Made by a program: the position numbers and the translations under genes
Part shown: positions 13,961 to 26,047 of the stretch, in pieces
Layout: the number at the start of each line of letters is the position of its first letter
Numbering within the stretch: the stretch's first letter is position 1
Source: Eledone cirrhosa
Taxonomy: Eukaryota
NCBI GenBank assembly: GCA_964016885.1
Contig: CAXHJY010000555.1
Span: 1-63,478, forward strand
DNA length: 63,478 nt
Direction of reading: 5' to 3'
The notes under the pieces: generated by a model
Seen by the model: only the letters and a program-made list of their open reading frames with translations
Databases searched by the model: none
Told to the model about the DNA's origin: nothing

Positions 13961-14889
13961 TAAAGAGGAAGCGGCCGGAGAAGCCCTGTTATTTGCTTAT
14001 CAAAAGATTATTTCCAAATGTGTAGTTTTGAAAGTGCAGTTGTCCATAATTATTGTTTCTACGCTAGGCACAAGGCCAGCAATTACCCAGTGTATTACTG
14101 GTACTTTATTTTATCGACCCCGTAAGGATGAAAGGCAAAGTTAACCTCGGCGGTTGTCTATAGTAATGTACCCTTTTAATCTATTATTTAAAATTAATAT
14201 TTTTATTTGAAGTCTCCCAATATTTGCAGTCATAATTTGTGTAGATTGGCTGTATCGGTAGAGCGTCGGACAACATGCTTTGTGGCAGAGAGTTACTACC
14301 CTTTATGTTCTCAGTTCAAATCCCTTCGAGATTAACGTTGCTTTTCATCTTTACGAAGGACGATAAAATAAGGTACCAGTAACGTACTGGAGTCAATTTA
14401 ATCGACTTTCTCCCCCCCCCCCCCCGAAGTGCTGACCTTGTGCCTAAAGTAGAAACTATTATTATTATTATTATTATTATTACTGTTGTTCTTACAGAGG
14501 TGGATTAGCAATATCGGTAGAGCGTCAGGGGACAACATGCTTTCGGGGAATTGGCAGTATCGGTAGAGAGTCGGACGCCATGCTTTCTAGCATAGTTACG
14601 TCCCTTTACGGTCTGAGTTCAAATCCCGTCGAGGTTAACTTTGCCTTTCATCCTTACGGGGTCGATAAAATAAAGTACCAGTAATGCACTGGGGTAATTT
14701 CTGGCCTTGTGCCTAAAGTAGAAACAATTATTATTATTATTATTATTATTACTGTTGTTCTTACAGAGGTTGATTAGCAATATCGGTAGAGCGTCGGGGG
14801 GACAACATGCTTTGTGGCATAGAGTTACCTCCTTTTACGTTCTCAATTTAGATCCCGCCGAGGTTAGCTTTGCTTTTCAATCCTTACAG

Positions 14890-15283
14890 AGGTCGATAAA
14901 ATAAAGTACCAGTAATACACTGTGTGGTTGATTTAATCGAACCCTTACCTCAAATTTATTGGGTTTCTGCCTAAATGAGAAACTATTAGGTCGATAAAAT
15001 AAAGTACCAGTAATACACTGTGTGGTTGATTTAATCGAACCCCTCCCTCAAATTGATTGGGTTTCTGCCTAAATGAGAAACTATTAGGTCGATAAAATAA
15101 AGTACCAGTAATACACTGTGTGGTTGATTTAATCGAACCCCTCCCTCAAATGTATTGGGTTTCTGCCTAAATGAGAAACTATTAGGTCAATAAAATAAAG
15201 TACCAGTAATACACTATGGTTGATTTAATCGACCCCCCCCCCCCCCCCCAATATATTGGCTTTCTGCCTGAATGAGAAACTAT
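14890..15283 (+). repeat. 4x 98-bp tandem repeat of a SINE 3' end
   Basis: AGGTCGATAAAATAAAGTACCAG... starts at 14890, 14988, 15086, 15184. Confidence 0.9.
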
Positions 15284-15556
15284 TTATACTTAACTAACAT
15301 TATATTATCTCTTGTTATTCTGTTATATTCTAAATTACTTTGTTTCTCTGGATAGCTTATCTCGTGTCAGTTGGAATTCCTTACTTGATTCGCTACGTAT
15401 AAAGTCTATTCTATTTTAATTTAGCTCGCCAATCATCATTTTTTATGTTGATTACTGCTATCGTATGAAACAATACATTATTTATTTTCAGCTGGTTCAA
15501 GAATACAAGCTTTCAGAAAGGTTTCTTACAGTGTTGAAGTTTTCTTAACGCTATAC

Positions 15557-15843
15557 CAGGCATGGGTAACCTTTTTCGAGAAGCGAGCCACATGAGATAT
15601 GGCTCATCATTCAGGCGGGCCGCAAGCGCTAATTTACATTCGTTCCCACGTTTAAAAAAAAAACGGTGGTAACTCAGGTTGTTTTTTCAGAATTCGTACA
15701 TGTTGTTTTCCTCGATTGTAAAAATGATAGAAAGATAAATTACGACTGAAAAGTTAGGGTTAAAAAAATCAGAAAGTTTTCACTTAGGTGACTTAGGCGA
15801 GCCATTCAGAAAGCTTTGCGGGGCGCGGGTTACCCATGACTTG
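15557..15843. mobile_element. hAT MITE
   Basis: CAGGCATGGGTAACC / GGTTACCCATGACTTG; perfect 8-bp TSD CGCTATAC. Confidence 0.85.
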
Positions 15844-17139
15844 CGCTATACTATATGGAGGCAATTCTGAGTTCAAAATCTCGCCGCCGAGGTTGACTTT
15901 GCCTTTCATCCTTACGGGGTCGATAAAATAAAGTACCAGTAATGCACTGGGTAATTGCTGGCCTTGTGCCTAAAATAGAAACAGTTAATATACATTAGTG
16001 TTTAAGATCGGACTTTTTTAAAATTCTCCGTCATTCATAGAAATTTCTTTACTCTGTTCTAGATAAGTTCATATCATACACTGTTAATAATTGTTTCTAC
16101 TTTAGGCACAAGGCCAGCAATTACCCAGTGCATTACTGGTACTTTATTTTATCGACCCCGTAAGGGTGAAAGGCAAAGTCAGCCTCGGCGGGATTTGAAC
16201 TCAGATAATAAAGGGCGGTAACTATGCTGGAAAGCATGGCGCCCGACCCTCTACCGATACTGCCAATCCACATGGTTTCTGATTTAGGCACAAGGCCAAC
16301 AATTTTGAAGAACGAGAAAGTCGATTAAATCGGCCCCAGTGGTACTTTATTTTATCGATCCCACAAGGAAGAAAATCAAAGTCAACCCCGGCAGGATTTG
16401 AACTCAGAATATAATGGTCCGTAAGTATATGCCGCAAAGCATGTTATCCGACGCTCTGCCGATACTGCCAATCTACTGCCCTTACACTGTTAATAATTGT
16501 TGGCACAAGGCCAGCAATTACACCAGTACATTACTGGTACTTTATTTTATCGGCCCCCTTAAGGATGAAAGACAAAGCTAACCTCGACGGGATTTGAACT
16601 CACAACGTAAAGGGCCAAAACATGTTATCCGATGCTCTTTCGATATTGCCAACCCACTATCCTTATACTGTTAATAATTGTTTCTACTTTAGGCACAAGG
16701 CCAGCAATTACCCAGTGTTAATAATGGCAAGGATTTTCATTAATACTAATCATATTTCTTCTCATTGCGGGATACATAAAGTATAATCTGCACTTAACTA
16801 TACCTTTTTTCTGTGGCAGGCATCCTTAGGAAATTTTTCAATTCCCTTATTATTTTACATTAGCGTCTCCCTCACCATCCTCCGGGAAAACGCCTTTTCT
16901 ATTCTGTCCGCCGTGGCCGCAGAGCAGTAGCGCGTGGTTCCCCCATTCTTCTCATAATAGTGAGAGATGAGGAGAACAGGAGAGACTGAGGCAGTGACAG
17001 AGAGAGTTTAGTTCCTTTGTATTCCGACCGGGTGTATATGTATGTATATGTTTCACGGACACACACTCACACTGTTAAATAATTAAGGTATCAGTGGGTT
17101 AGTTGTGTTGTATGGTCTTGACTGTTAATTAGACGACAA

Positions 17140-17456
17140 AGTCTCTTCAGAAGCTCTCTACATTCCAGAACCACATCATGAGACTTATGACTGGCAAGTG
17201 GCTCAGCGACCGTATCTGTATCAGTGAGCTGCTCAACATTACCAGACTTAGACCAATTACATCAATTGTCAAGTCAAGAGTACTCAAACTATACGGTCAT
17301 ATGAAAAGATCAACTCGTGGTGTGAGTAGGTTATGCCTGGAAGGAAGGTTGGCTAGTAAGAGAAGCAGAGGCTGGCAGCCAAAACGATGGCTTGATAATG
17401 TCACCCTATGGGCTGGAGTTGATCTTTGCTCTTTAAACACTGCTGTTGGTGATTGA
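17140..17456 (+). mobile_element. RTE-like LINE C-terminal fragment
   Basis: LKLYGHMKR...LEGRLASKRSRGWQPKRWLDNV resembles the RTE ORF C-terminus. Confidence 0.65.
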
Positions 17457-18299
17457 AAGGTATTATATATTCGAGGTGGATTAGCAGTATCGGTAGAAAG
17501 TCGGACGCCATGCTTTGCAGCAAAGAGTTACGGTTCTTTATGGTCTGAGTTCAAATCCCGCCGAGGTTAACTTTGCCTTTCATCCTTACGAGGTCGATAA
17601 AATAAAGTACCAGTAATGCACTGGGATAATTGCTGGCCTTGTGCCAAAAGTAGAAACAATTATTTCTGGCTCTCTGCACTCCCTCAGTTCAAATCCCGTA
17701 GAGGCCAACTTTGATTTCATCTTTTTGAGGTCAATAAATAAATCTGGTATTTAGGTTCATTCTTACTCTGTATAGTTTTCTAAATTCCTCTTTCTTTCTC
17801 TCTCTTTTTCTCTCTCTTCCTCTATACATTTCTATCTCTCTCCTTTCTCCCTCTCATTCTCTCTCTCCTTCTCTCTCCTTCTCTTTCCGTCTTTCTCTCT
17901 CCTTCTTTCTCTTTCTCCTTCTCTCTCTTTCTCCTTCTCACTCTTTCCCTCCCTCTCTCTCTCCCTCCCTATCTATCTCCCTCCCCCTCTCTACCCCCTC
18001 TCTCACGCCTTCTCTTTCTCTCTCCCTCCCTCTCTACATTTCTCTGGAAGAAATCTCGGTTGTGTTGAAACTTGGAGGGAAATGGACTCCACCAGATTTA
18101 AATGCCCAAATCTATCACGAGTTATGGGCCCTTGATAATGATGAATCAGTGAATAATTCTTCACCCAAATCTATATCCAGTCATTCTAGTAGTTACTAGG
18201 ATTCATCGAAGGGGTTTAATAAAGCCGGAACATGTTCAGAGTTGTCAGCGTATGTTCCGAAGACTGGAAGCAACAGAAATGATTGCCTAGACTCTAGGC

Positions 18300-18591
18300 T
18301 AGTCATGGGCAACCTGCGGCCCGCGAAGCTTTCTGAGTGGCTCGCCTAAGTCACCTAAGTAAAATCTTTCTTGATTTTTTTACCCCAACTTTTCAGTTGT
18401 AATTTATCTTTCTATCATTTTTTATGAACGAGGAAAACAACGTGTACGAATTCTGAAGAAACAAATCAAAGCAACCTGAGTTACCACCCTTTTTTTAATG
18501 TGGGCACGAATGTAAATTAGCGCTTGCTGCCCGCCTGATGATGAGTCATATCTCATGCGGCCCGCTTCTCGAAAAAGGTTACCCATGCCTG
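18300..18591. mobile_element. hAT MITE, inverted copy of 15557-15843
   Basis: Reverse-complement similarity; imperfect TSD CTCTAGGC/TTATAGGC. Confidence 0.75.
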
Positions 18592-19029
18592 TTATAGGCC
18601 CTAGAGAGGTTGAATTTTTTAATGTATTTTTTTTATTATTGTTTCGCAGAAATAAATTGGAATGTTTAAACCTTAATGTCGAGTCATAACTAAGTAGTTT
18701 TCTAAGAGCTGAAGGACTTTTCTGATTATTTTTGCTGCACCCAGTAAAGCAGACTTTTGTATCAAAGCTGCATTTGTTGTTACTTCTATACCCTTCAGCA
18801 ATATTTCTAACAGTCCCTAACACCGCAAATTACAAAGAAGATTACTTTTGCAGAGACATTACCACAATTTCCTTATCTTACCAGCAAGATACTGGTACTT
18901 TTCAGTCTTTTCCTGCTCCTTGTTACTCAAGATCATGTCAGCAGAAATGGTTATGTCAACACTTTTATAAAATAGACATTGTTTTGACGCCCTGTCTATA
19001 ATAACTATGTCAGGTCGTCTAGCCAGAAT

Positions 19030-19350
19030 TTCGTGCTTTGTGCTATGTTATGTTTGGTGTTGTTATTTCTATTGTATTTATAGGACTCTACATAATATAT
19101 TAGCAGTGCCTAGTAGTACTACAATCTGTATGCTGTATATAATTGTAAGTCGTAGGGTGTTGGTTATGTATCTGTCTGTGTGTGCTTCTTTATCAGTCCC
19201 AGAGCACCTATTATTATAAGGATTGTTTCTGTTTTCATCATCCATATTTGGGTTGTTTATGTCTATAAGTCTTTATATTTGGATAATCTATCCATTTCTT
19301 CGTCATCTGAGGGGTTTGGTACATCAATTAGAAGACATTTGTTTCTTTGT
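19030..19350 (-). mobile_element. degenerate R4/Dong-like LINE 3' fragment
   Basis: Minus strand encodes ...IQIVVLLGTANILCRVL*, resembling the C-terminus of R4-clade ORFs. Confidence 0.55.
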
Positions 19351-19894
19351 GGGCTTTTTACTCAAATATCCATTCGGTTGCTATAGCATAGTTGCTTTGT
19401 CATTCTCTGGGACTTTTTTCCGCTGAGTGACTGTACCACTTCATTCCTATTCAATTTTTAGGTTATTGGCCATGTAGGGGTTTCTCTCGTCATCATTTTA
19501 GCAAAGTATTCCAGAGATCTATTTTCTATTTATATTTTATCTTCTTTTCACAGTTTCTGTTGTTGTTTCTTCTGTTTTAATTTTCTTCATAATTATCTGT
19601 CATTTCTGAATTTGTTGGCTTCCCTGAAGACAGAAAACAATTTCTGTTTGCTTTTATTTTCTTCATGTTTCGTGGCTATTTGTATTAACTTTATTATTGG
19701 GTGGATTGGCAGTATCGGTAGAGGGTCGGACGCTATGCTTTGACGTATAGAGTTACGGCCCTTGCCATTCTGAGTTCAAATCCCACCGAGGTTAACTTTG
19801 CCTTTCATCCTTACGGGGTCGATAAAATAAAGTACCAGTAATGCTCTGGGTAATATCTGGCCTTGTGCCAAACGTAGAAACAATTATTGTTAAT

Positions 19895-20202
19895 ATTGTT
19901 GTTGTTGTTGTTGTTGTTATTGGTGGTGGTGCTGGTGGTGGTGGTTGTTGTGGTGGTGGTGATGATAATGTTGGTTGTGGTTGTGGTGCTGGTGGTGGTG
20001 GTAGTGCTGGTGCTGATGGTGGTGGTGGTGGTGGTGGTGGTGGTAGTGCTGGTGGTGCTGGTGCAGGTGCTAGTGCCTGTGGTTGTGGTGGTGGTGGTGG
20101 TGTTAGTGGTGATGGTGGTGGTTTTGGTGGTGATGGTGGTGGTGGTGGCGGTGCTGGTGCTGGTGGTAGTGATGGTGTTAGTGGTGCTGGTGGTGGTGGT
20201 GG
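19895..20202 (+). repeat. (GTT)n/(GGT)n degenerate trinucleotide repeat
   Basis: Directly visible. Confidence 0.9.
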
Positions 20203-20805
20203 CAGAATCGTTAGAGCGTTGGGGCAAAATGCTTTGCGGTATTTGTTCTGTCTCTTTAGGTTCTAAGTTCAAATCTGGCCGAGGTCAAATTTTCTCTTCA
20301 TCTTCCTGGGGTGGTGAGAATAAAGTGTCAGGAAAGTACTAGGGTCAATTTACTTGACTTTCACTTTACAACCCCCCGAAATTTAGTAGATAAATTACAT
20401 AATTGTTTCTACTATTGGCACAAGCCAGCAATTACCCAGTACATTACTGGTACTTTATTTTATCGACCCCGTAAGGATGAAAGGCAAAGTTAACCTCGGC
20501 GGGATTTGAACTCAGAATGGCAAGGGTCGTAACTCCATGCGTCAAAGCATGGCGTCCGACCCTCTACCGATACTGCCAATCCAGACATATAATAACGTCC
20601 GTTTACGTTCTGAGTTCAAATCCCGCCGAGGATAACTTTGCCTTTCATCCTTACGGGGTCGATAAAATAAAGTACCATTAACATACTGGAGTCGATTTAA
20701 TCGACCCCCTCCAAATTGCTGGCCGGGTCCCTATAGTATAAATCATTACTATTATTATTATTATCAAGGCGGTGGATTGGCAGATTCGTTAGGTCAATAG
20801 TAAAC

Positions 20806-21436
20806 AATACGGGGTGTTTGTTTACAAACACACCGAGCATTATAATAAATGTTCGGTGAATCCATACGTGCATATATATATGTGTGCATGTATGTATATA
20901 TATGTATACATACTACTGTACGTCGGTATGCATATATGTGTGTACGTATACATACTTATATTTAAGTAACAGCCGTACTAAGAGTGGGAAATGAAATTTC
21001 GTTTCATTTTTTCCGTTTATCGTTTTCGGTGCACCCGGCCGATTAACCCACTCGATATGCAAATTGGGCTACTCAGCCGTTAATATGCATAAGGTAAGTA
21101 TATACGTTCAACAATCTGGCAGGAAGGTATACGTTGCTGACGATAGCTAATAAGCTTGAAACTAGTACAGCGTTTCTTTGTCAGTGTTGAACAAACGAGC
21201 AACGATGGTTACTGGACACTACGGCTTAATACGGGATGTTTGTTTACAAACACACCGAGCATTATAATAAATGTTCGGTGAATTCATACGTACATATATA
21301 TATATGTGTGCATGTATGTATATATATATACATACTACTGTACGTCTGTATACATATATGTACGTACGTGTACATACTTATATTTAAGTAACAGCCGTAC
21401 TAAGAGTGGGAAATGAAATTTCGTTTCATTTTTTCC

Positions 21437-21442
<6 letters not shown>
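20806..21442 (+). mobile_element. non-coding HHR-bearing element, 422-bp unit present 1.5x (pLTR/retrozyme-like)
   Basis: Direct repeats 20806-21020 and 21228-21442; HHR between them; ends in (TA)n. Confidence 0.7.
21131..21173 (+). ncRNA. minimal type I hammerhead ribozyme
   Basis: ACGTTG-CTGACGA-T-AGCT-AATA-AGCT-T-GAAA-CTAG-TA-CAGCGT; 6-bp stem I, palindromic stem III ACTAGT, GUA site. Confidence 0.85.
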
Positions 21443-21476
<34 letters not shown>

Positions 21477-21546
21477 AAAAAGGGATGAAATCGAAAATGC
21501 AACTGAAGTCTTATTTTTTAAAAAATATATATATATTTATTTGGTT

Positions 21547-21584
21547 CCTTTACCGGTTTCGCAGTTCTTCTGCTTTTCAAAAGG
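21547..21584 (-). ncRNA. minimal hammerhead ribozyme, U3:A8 variant (inverted arm)
   Basis: Reverse complement of 21657-21694. Confidence 0.8.
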
Positions 21585-21656
21585 TGAGTTGAGATGGAGG
21601 GTCTGTGGTTTTTCTCACAGATGTGAGAAAAACCACAGACCCTCCATCTCAACTCA

Positions 21657-21694
21657 CCTTTTGAAAAGCAGAAGAACTGCGAAACCGGTAAAGG
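21657..21694 (+). ncRNA. minimal hammerhead ribozyme, U3:A8 variant
   Basis: CCTT-TTGAAAA-GCAG-AAGAA-CTGC-GAAA-CCGG-TA-AAGG; palindromic stem III ACCGGT. Confidence 0.8.
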
Positions 21695-21827
21695 AACCAA
21701 ATAAATATATATATATTTTTTTTTAAAATAAGACTTCAGTTGCATTTTCGATTTCATCCCTTTTTCTTTATACTTCCACTCGTGTAGGACACCTCGGTTA
21801 TTTTTCATTTTGTAAAAAAAACCTCAC

Positions 21828-21871
<44 letters not shown>

Positions 21872-22111
21872 CAATTTAGTAGTCAAATACAATTATTAAG
21901 CTCTAAGAAAATACTTCTGAGCATTACAGTACAATTTAATAAAAAATATGATCAACACTAATGTGTTTTTTTTGCAAATTGACAATAATTTTTTAGCCAG
22001 ATAGAAATACCTTAAGAAATACCTGATTAGAGCAAACATCACGGACGGTCTATCTCAAAATTATTTTTGAAAAGCATTAGCAAACATCACGGACGGTCTA
22101 TCTCAAAATTA

Positions 22112-22149
22112 TTTTTGAAAAGCATTTAGAAATGCGCAACCGGTAAAAC
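22112..22149 (+). ncRNA. degenerate hammerhead (U3:A8 type, GAAA mutated to GCAA)
   Basis: TTT-TTGAAAA-GCATTT-AG-AAATGC-GCAA-CCGG-TA-AAA, inside a TA-flanked element at ~21870-22260. Confidence 0.55.
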
Positions 22150-22321
22150 TTAAAACCAAAACTGAATACTAACCAATACAATTACTAATTCTCATTTATT
22201 CCTAATTAAACTATTTTTCACTGTGAACAATTTGTCAGCATTTTCTATTCCGTTTACCAATATATAATAACTTGTGTGTTACACCTCTATTCTTTTAACT
22301 ATATATATATATATACACACA

Positions 22322-22455
<134 letters not shown>

Positions 22456-23375
22456 GCAAGATAGATAGATATACAGATTTAGATATATAGATAAGGATAG
22501 ATAGATAGAAATAGAGATAGATAGTCAGAGTCGTAGATAGAGATAGATATAGATAGATATGTTTCTTTATTAGCCACAGGGGCACAAAAGAAGGGGACAA
22601 ATACAAAAGGGGGAGTTTACATACAATAAAAACGTGTAAAATACAAGTGCAATTTAAAAATTAGTCGATTTTCCCCAATAGGGGGAGACATTACATGTCG
22701 GTAACACATACCCCCGAAAAAATGTGCAACCCTCATCTCCAGGAGTACGAAGAGTGAGTACCCCCTTTCCTCTCTTCCTCTTTTTCTTCAACCTAGATAG
22801 ATAGATAGATAGTTAGATAGATAGATAGATGGATTTCTTTATTTGCCACAAGGGCGCACAAGAACAGGGGGCAATACAAGGACATATGCCGGGGATTTTA
22901 CATAGAATCGTGTAAAAAAATGTTTAAACAAACAAATTCAACAATCGAAATCCCCAAATAGGGGGAAGGCGACAACAAATTGGCTGTTTAATACCCCCGT
23001 AGCCTTCGTGTTTCGCATAAAAGAACTGGTCCAGTGCCGTTCTCGTTGGATAGATATGTTTCTTTTATTTGCCACAAGGGCATCAAAAGTGGGACAAGTA
23101 CAATGGGGGGAGTTTACAAAACAAGGCGTCCTCAATAGGGAGGAGGCAATAACAATATATAAAAATAAAATAAAATATAACAAAAAATAGAATTATAACA
23201 AAATCCTCAATAGAGGATTTTGTTATAAAATATAACAAAAAATAACATTTATAACAAAATCCTCAATAGAGAGGAGGCGCCTTGGGGGGTCGCACACACC
23301 CCCGAAAAAAGTGTGCAACCCTTTTCCTCAGGAGCACAGAGAGGGGGTGCTCCCTCGTTCGTTCCTCTTTTCCAC

Positions 23376-25178
23376 CTACAGGCTTATGTAAAGAGAAGGC
23401 CCATTCACACGGGCCATTCTCGCCACTTTCACCCACCTTTCATAAAAACGACTGGGGTGCAGCACCTCTCTCTCCATCCTGATCCTTCTTCCGAAATGAT
23501 ATCGGAAGAAACGGACCAGTTGTTGGCCAGAGAGAAAGGTGCCTGACCTCAGTCCTTTCAGACGCGTCCACCATACAACCTCTTTCGCCATGGCTATTAC
23601 GCACAGAAACACCGCCTCTGCTTTATCTTTGAAGGGGGGAGGCGGCTTGATCATTACAATAGACTCGGTGGTCAACCGGATCGGTCCCACCCTTGACAGC
23701 AGTTGTTCGACATAGCCCCACAGATCGGCTACGCCCGAGCAGTGTACCAATGCGTGTGCAACGGTTTCCTCGTCGCACACGCATCTGGGACAGATCTTTT
23801 TGGCGGGGTCCCTACCCGGGCGCCCGTGTCTGTAGAGCCTTTCTCGAACGGGTAAAGCCCCTCGGTAGCACTGCCAGGCCAGGGACTTCTGGAAGTTGTC
23901 CATAGGTCCCGGGCTGAATGTCCTACCGAACAGGCCGGCAAGTTCGTCCTCCTCCATGTCTAGGGCTTCTCCGAGGGCGTCGTCGCACCTGCTAACCACC
24001 AGCCCTCTATAGAATGTTGCGGTGGAGTCTCCACTGATAACCGGATCCGCCTGCCAGAGGGCGGTGAGCGCCTGGGCACACTCAGTGTGCCAGGCGCCCA
24101 GTTTTCTCGGTCTTTGCTTGACCCAGGATTGCAGCTCGGTGAGTGAGACGAGTCTGGGAAAGGTTCGTCTCACAAACGAGGTCCACACCGGTTGTCCGGT
24201 GAGGAATACGTAGAGGTGCCGTAGCCTTAATGCGTGTTTACGCATCATTAGCCACGGCATCCCCAGCCCTCCTTTCGAAGGGTGTTGACAGCAGATGGAT
24301 CTCCTCACCATAGGAGCCCGCCTCTTCCAAAGGAATTGGAAGAGCGCGCGCTCCATCTTGGTGAGGGTTTCCCTTGGGCAGGGCACAACGGTCAGGCGGT
24401 AGTAGATGACGGACGCTATGTAGGTGTTCGCCACCTCCGCCCGACCTTTCAGGGATAGTTTGCAACTGGCCCACTTCTGGGTCAGTGCAAACACCCTGTT
24501 CGTAACCTCCGCCCAGTTTTTCTCCACCTGGAGGTCCGGTCCGAACCAGACCCCGAGCAACTTCACCGGGCCCTCCGTCCAGCGTCCGACGACGCCATCG
24601 GAGGGAATCGGTCTGCCCCTCCACGTGCCGAGTTGCAAACCGATCGACTTGTCCCGGTTCAGCTTAGCCCCTGTGAACTTGTCGTACTCCTCCAGTAAGG
24701 TGCCGACCGCCTCGATTTCGGAGGCCGTCGACACCATTACTGTCACGTCATCGGCGTAGGCCGACACCGCTTTCCGCAATCCCGGTTCCAAAGGGATGCC
24801 CTGCAACAACTCCAACTTCCGCAGTAGTGGCTCGAGAGTCAACACATACAGAAGGGAGGAGAGAGGGCACCCTTGTCGGATGGACCGCGCGATTTTGAAC
24901 GGCTCCGAGAGGTAGCCGTTCACCTTGACCCTAGAGCAGATGCGGCTGCTGTGCATAGCAGTGATCCAGCCCCTGAAAACGGGTCCGAAGCCTGCCGCCG
25001 CTAGCACCGCATCCAGGTAACCATGGTCGACCCTATCGAACGCCTTAGATTGATCCAAGTTGATCAGAGCCCCACCAAAGCCGGGTTCGTTCCCAACCCT
25101 CTCTATGATGTATCGCATGAGGTGGAGGTTGTCATGGATGGACCTGGACGGGATAGCGCATGTCTGCGCATCTCCCAC
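23376..25178 (-). CDS. Tx1/L1-clade ORF2 fragment: reverse transcriptase plus C-terminal Cys/His motif (5'-truncated)
   Basis: LDQSKAFDRVDH, SIRQGCPLS, AYADDV, GGLGMP, CPRC...ETVAHALVHC; 600 codons open. Confidence 0.9.
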   Translation of the reverse strand: MGDAQTCAIPSRSIHDNLHLMRYIIERVGNEPGFGGALINLDQSKAFDRVDHGYLDAVLAAAGFGPVFRGWITAMHSSRICSRVKVNGYLSEPFKIARSIRQGCPLSSLLYVLTLEPLLRKLELLQGIPLEPGLRKAVSAYADDVTVMVSTASEIEAVGTLLEEYDKFTGAKLNRDKSIGLQLGTWRGRPIPSDGVVGRWTEGPVKLLGVWFGPDLQVEKNWAEVTNRVFALTQKWASCKLSLKGRAEVANTYIASVIYYRLTVVPCPRETLTKMERALFQFLWKRRAPMVRRSICCQHPSKGGLGMPWLMMRKHALRLRHLYVFLTGQPVWTSFVRRTFPRLVSLTELQSWVKQRPRKLGAWHTECAQALTALWQADPVISGDSTATFYRGLVVSRCDDALGEALDMEEDELAGLFGRTFSPGPMDNFQKSLAWQCYRGALPVRERLYRHGRPGRDPAKKICPRCVCDEETVAHALVHCSGVADLWGYVEQLLSRVGPIRLTTESIVMIKPPPPFKDKAEAVFLCVIAMAKEVVWWTRLKGLRSGTFLSGQQLVRFFRYHFGRRIRMEREVLHPSRFYERWVKVARMARVNGPSLYISL

Positions 25179-26047
25179 CAGGTTGAGATAGATAGATAAA
25201 CGGCCGGAGCTCAGCCGTCGGTGTCCTGAATCTTTTCATAGATAGATAGATAGATATATTTCTTTATTAGCCACAGGGGCACAAAAGAAGGGGACAAATA
25301 CAAAGGGGGAAGTTTACATACAATAAAAACGTGTAAAATGTTATCACAGATGGAATTTAAAAGTTAGTCGATTTTCCCCAATAGAGGGAGACAGTTTATA
25401 TGGGTAACACAGACCCCCGAAAAAAATGTGCAACCCTCATCTCCAGGAGTACGAAGAGCTTGTACTCCTTTCCTCTCCTCCTCCTTTTCCTCAACCTACA
25501 GGCTGATATAGAGAGAAGGCCCATTCACTCGGGCCATTCTCGCCACTTTCACCCACCTTTCATAAAACTTGCTGGGGTACAGCACCTCTCTCTCCATCCT
25601 GATTCTTCTTCCAAAGTGGTATTTGAAAAAAAGAATCAGTTGTTGGCCGGAGAGAAAGGTGTCTGACCTCAGCCCTTTCAACCTTGTCCACCATACAACC
25701 TCTTTCGCCATAGCTATCACACAAAGGAAAACCGCCTCTCCTTCGTTTTTGAAGGAGGGTGGCGGTTTGATCTAGATAGATATGTTTCTTTTATTTGCCA
25801 CCAGGGAATCAAAAGTGGGACAAGTACAATGGGGGGAGTTTACAAAACAAGGCGTCCTCAATAAGGAGGAGGCAATAACAATATATAAAAATAAAATAAA
25901 ATATAACAAAAATTAAAATTTATAACAAAGTCCTCAATAGAGAAGAGGCGCCTTGGGGGGTCGCACACACCCCCGAAAAAAAGTGTGCAACCCTTCTCCT
26001 CAGGAGCACAGAGAAGGGGTGCTCCCTTGGTCTTTCATCTTCCTCAC

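Larger units (their letters stand above)
21471..21832 (+). mobile_element. fold-back HHR element (149-bp arms, 2-nt loop) between (TA)n tracts
   Basis: 21471-21619 is a near-perfect reverse complement of 21622-21771. Confidence 0.85.

Noticed and set aside
19811-20342. Gly-, Thr- and Val-rich ORFs (also poly-L/Q at 3166-3916 and poly-R at 47811)
   Set aside because: Trinucleotide microsatellites
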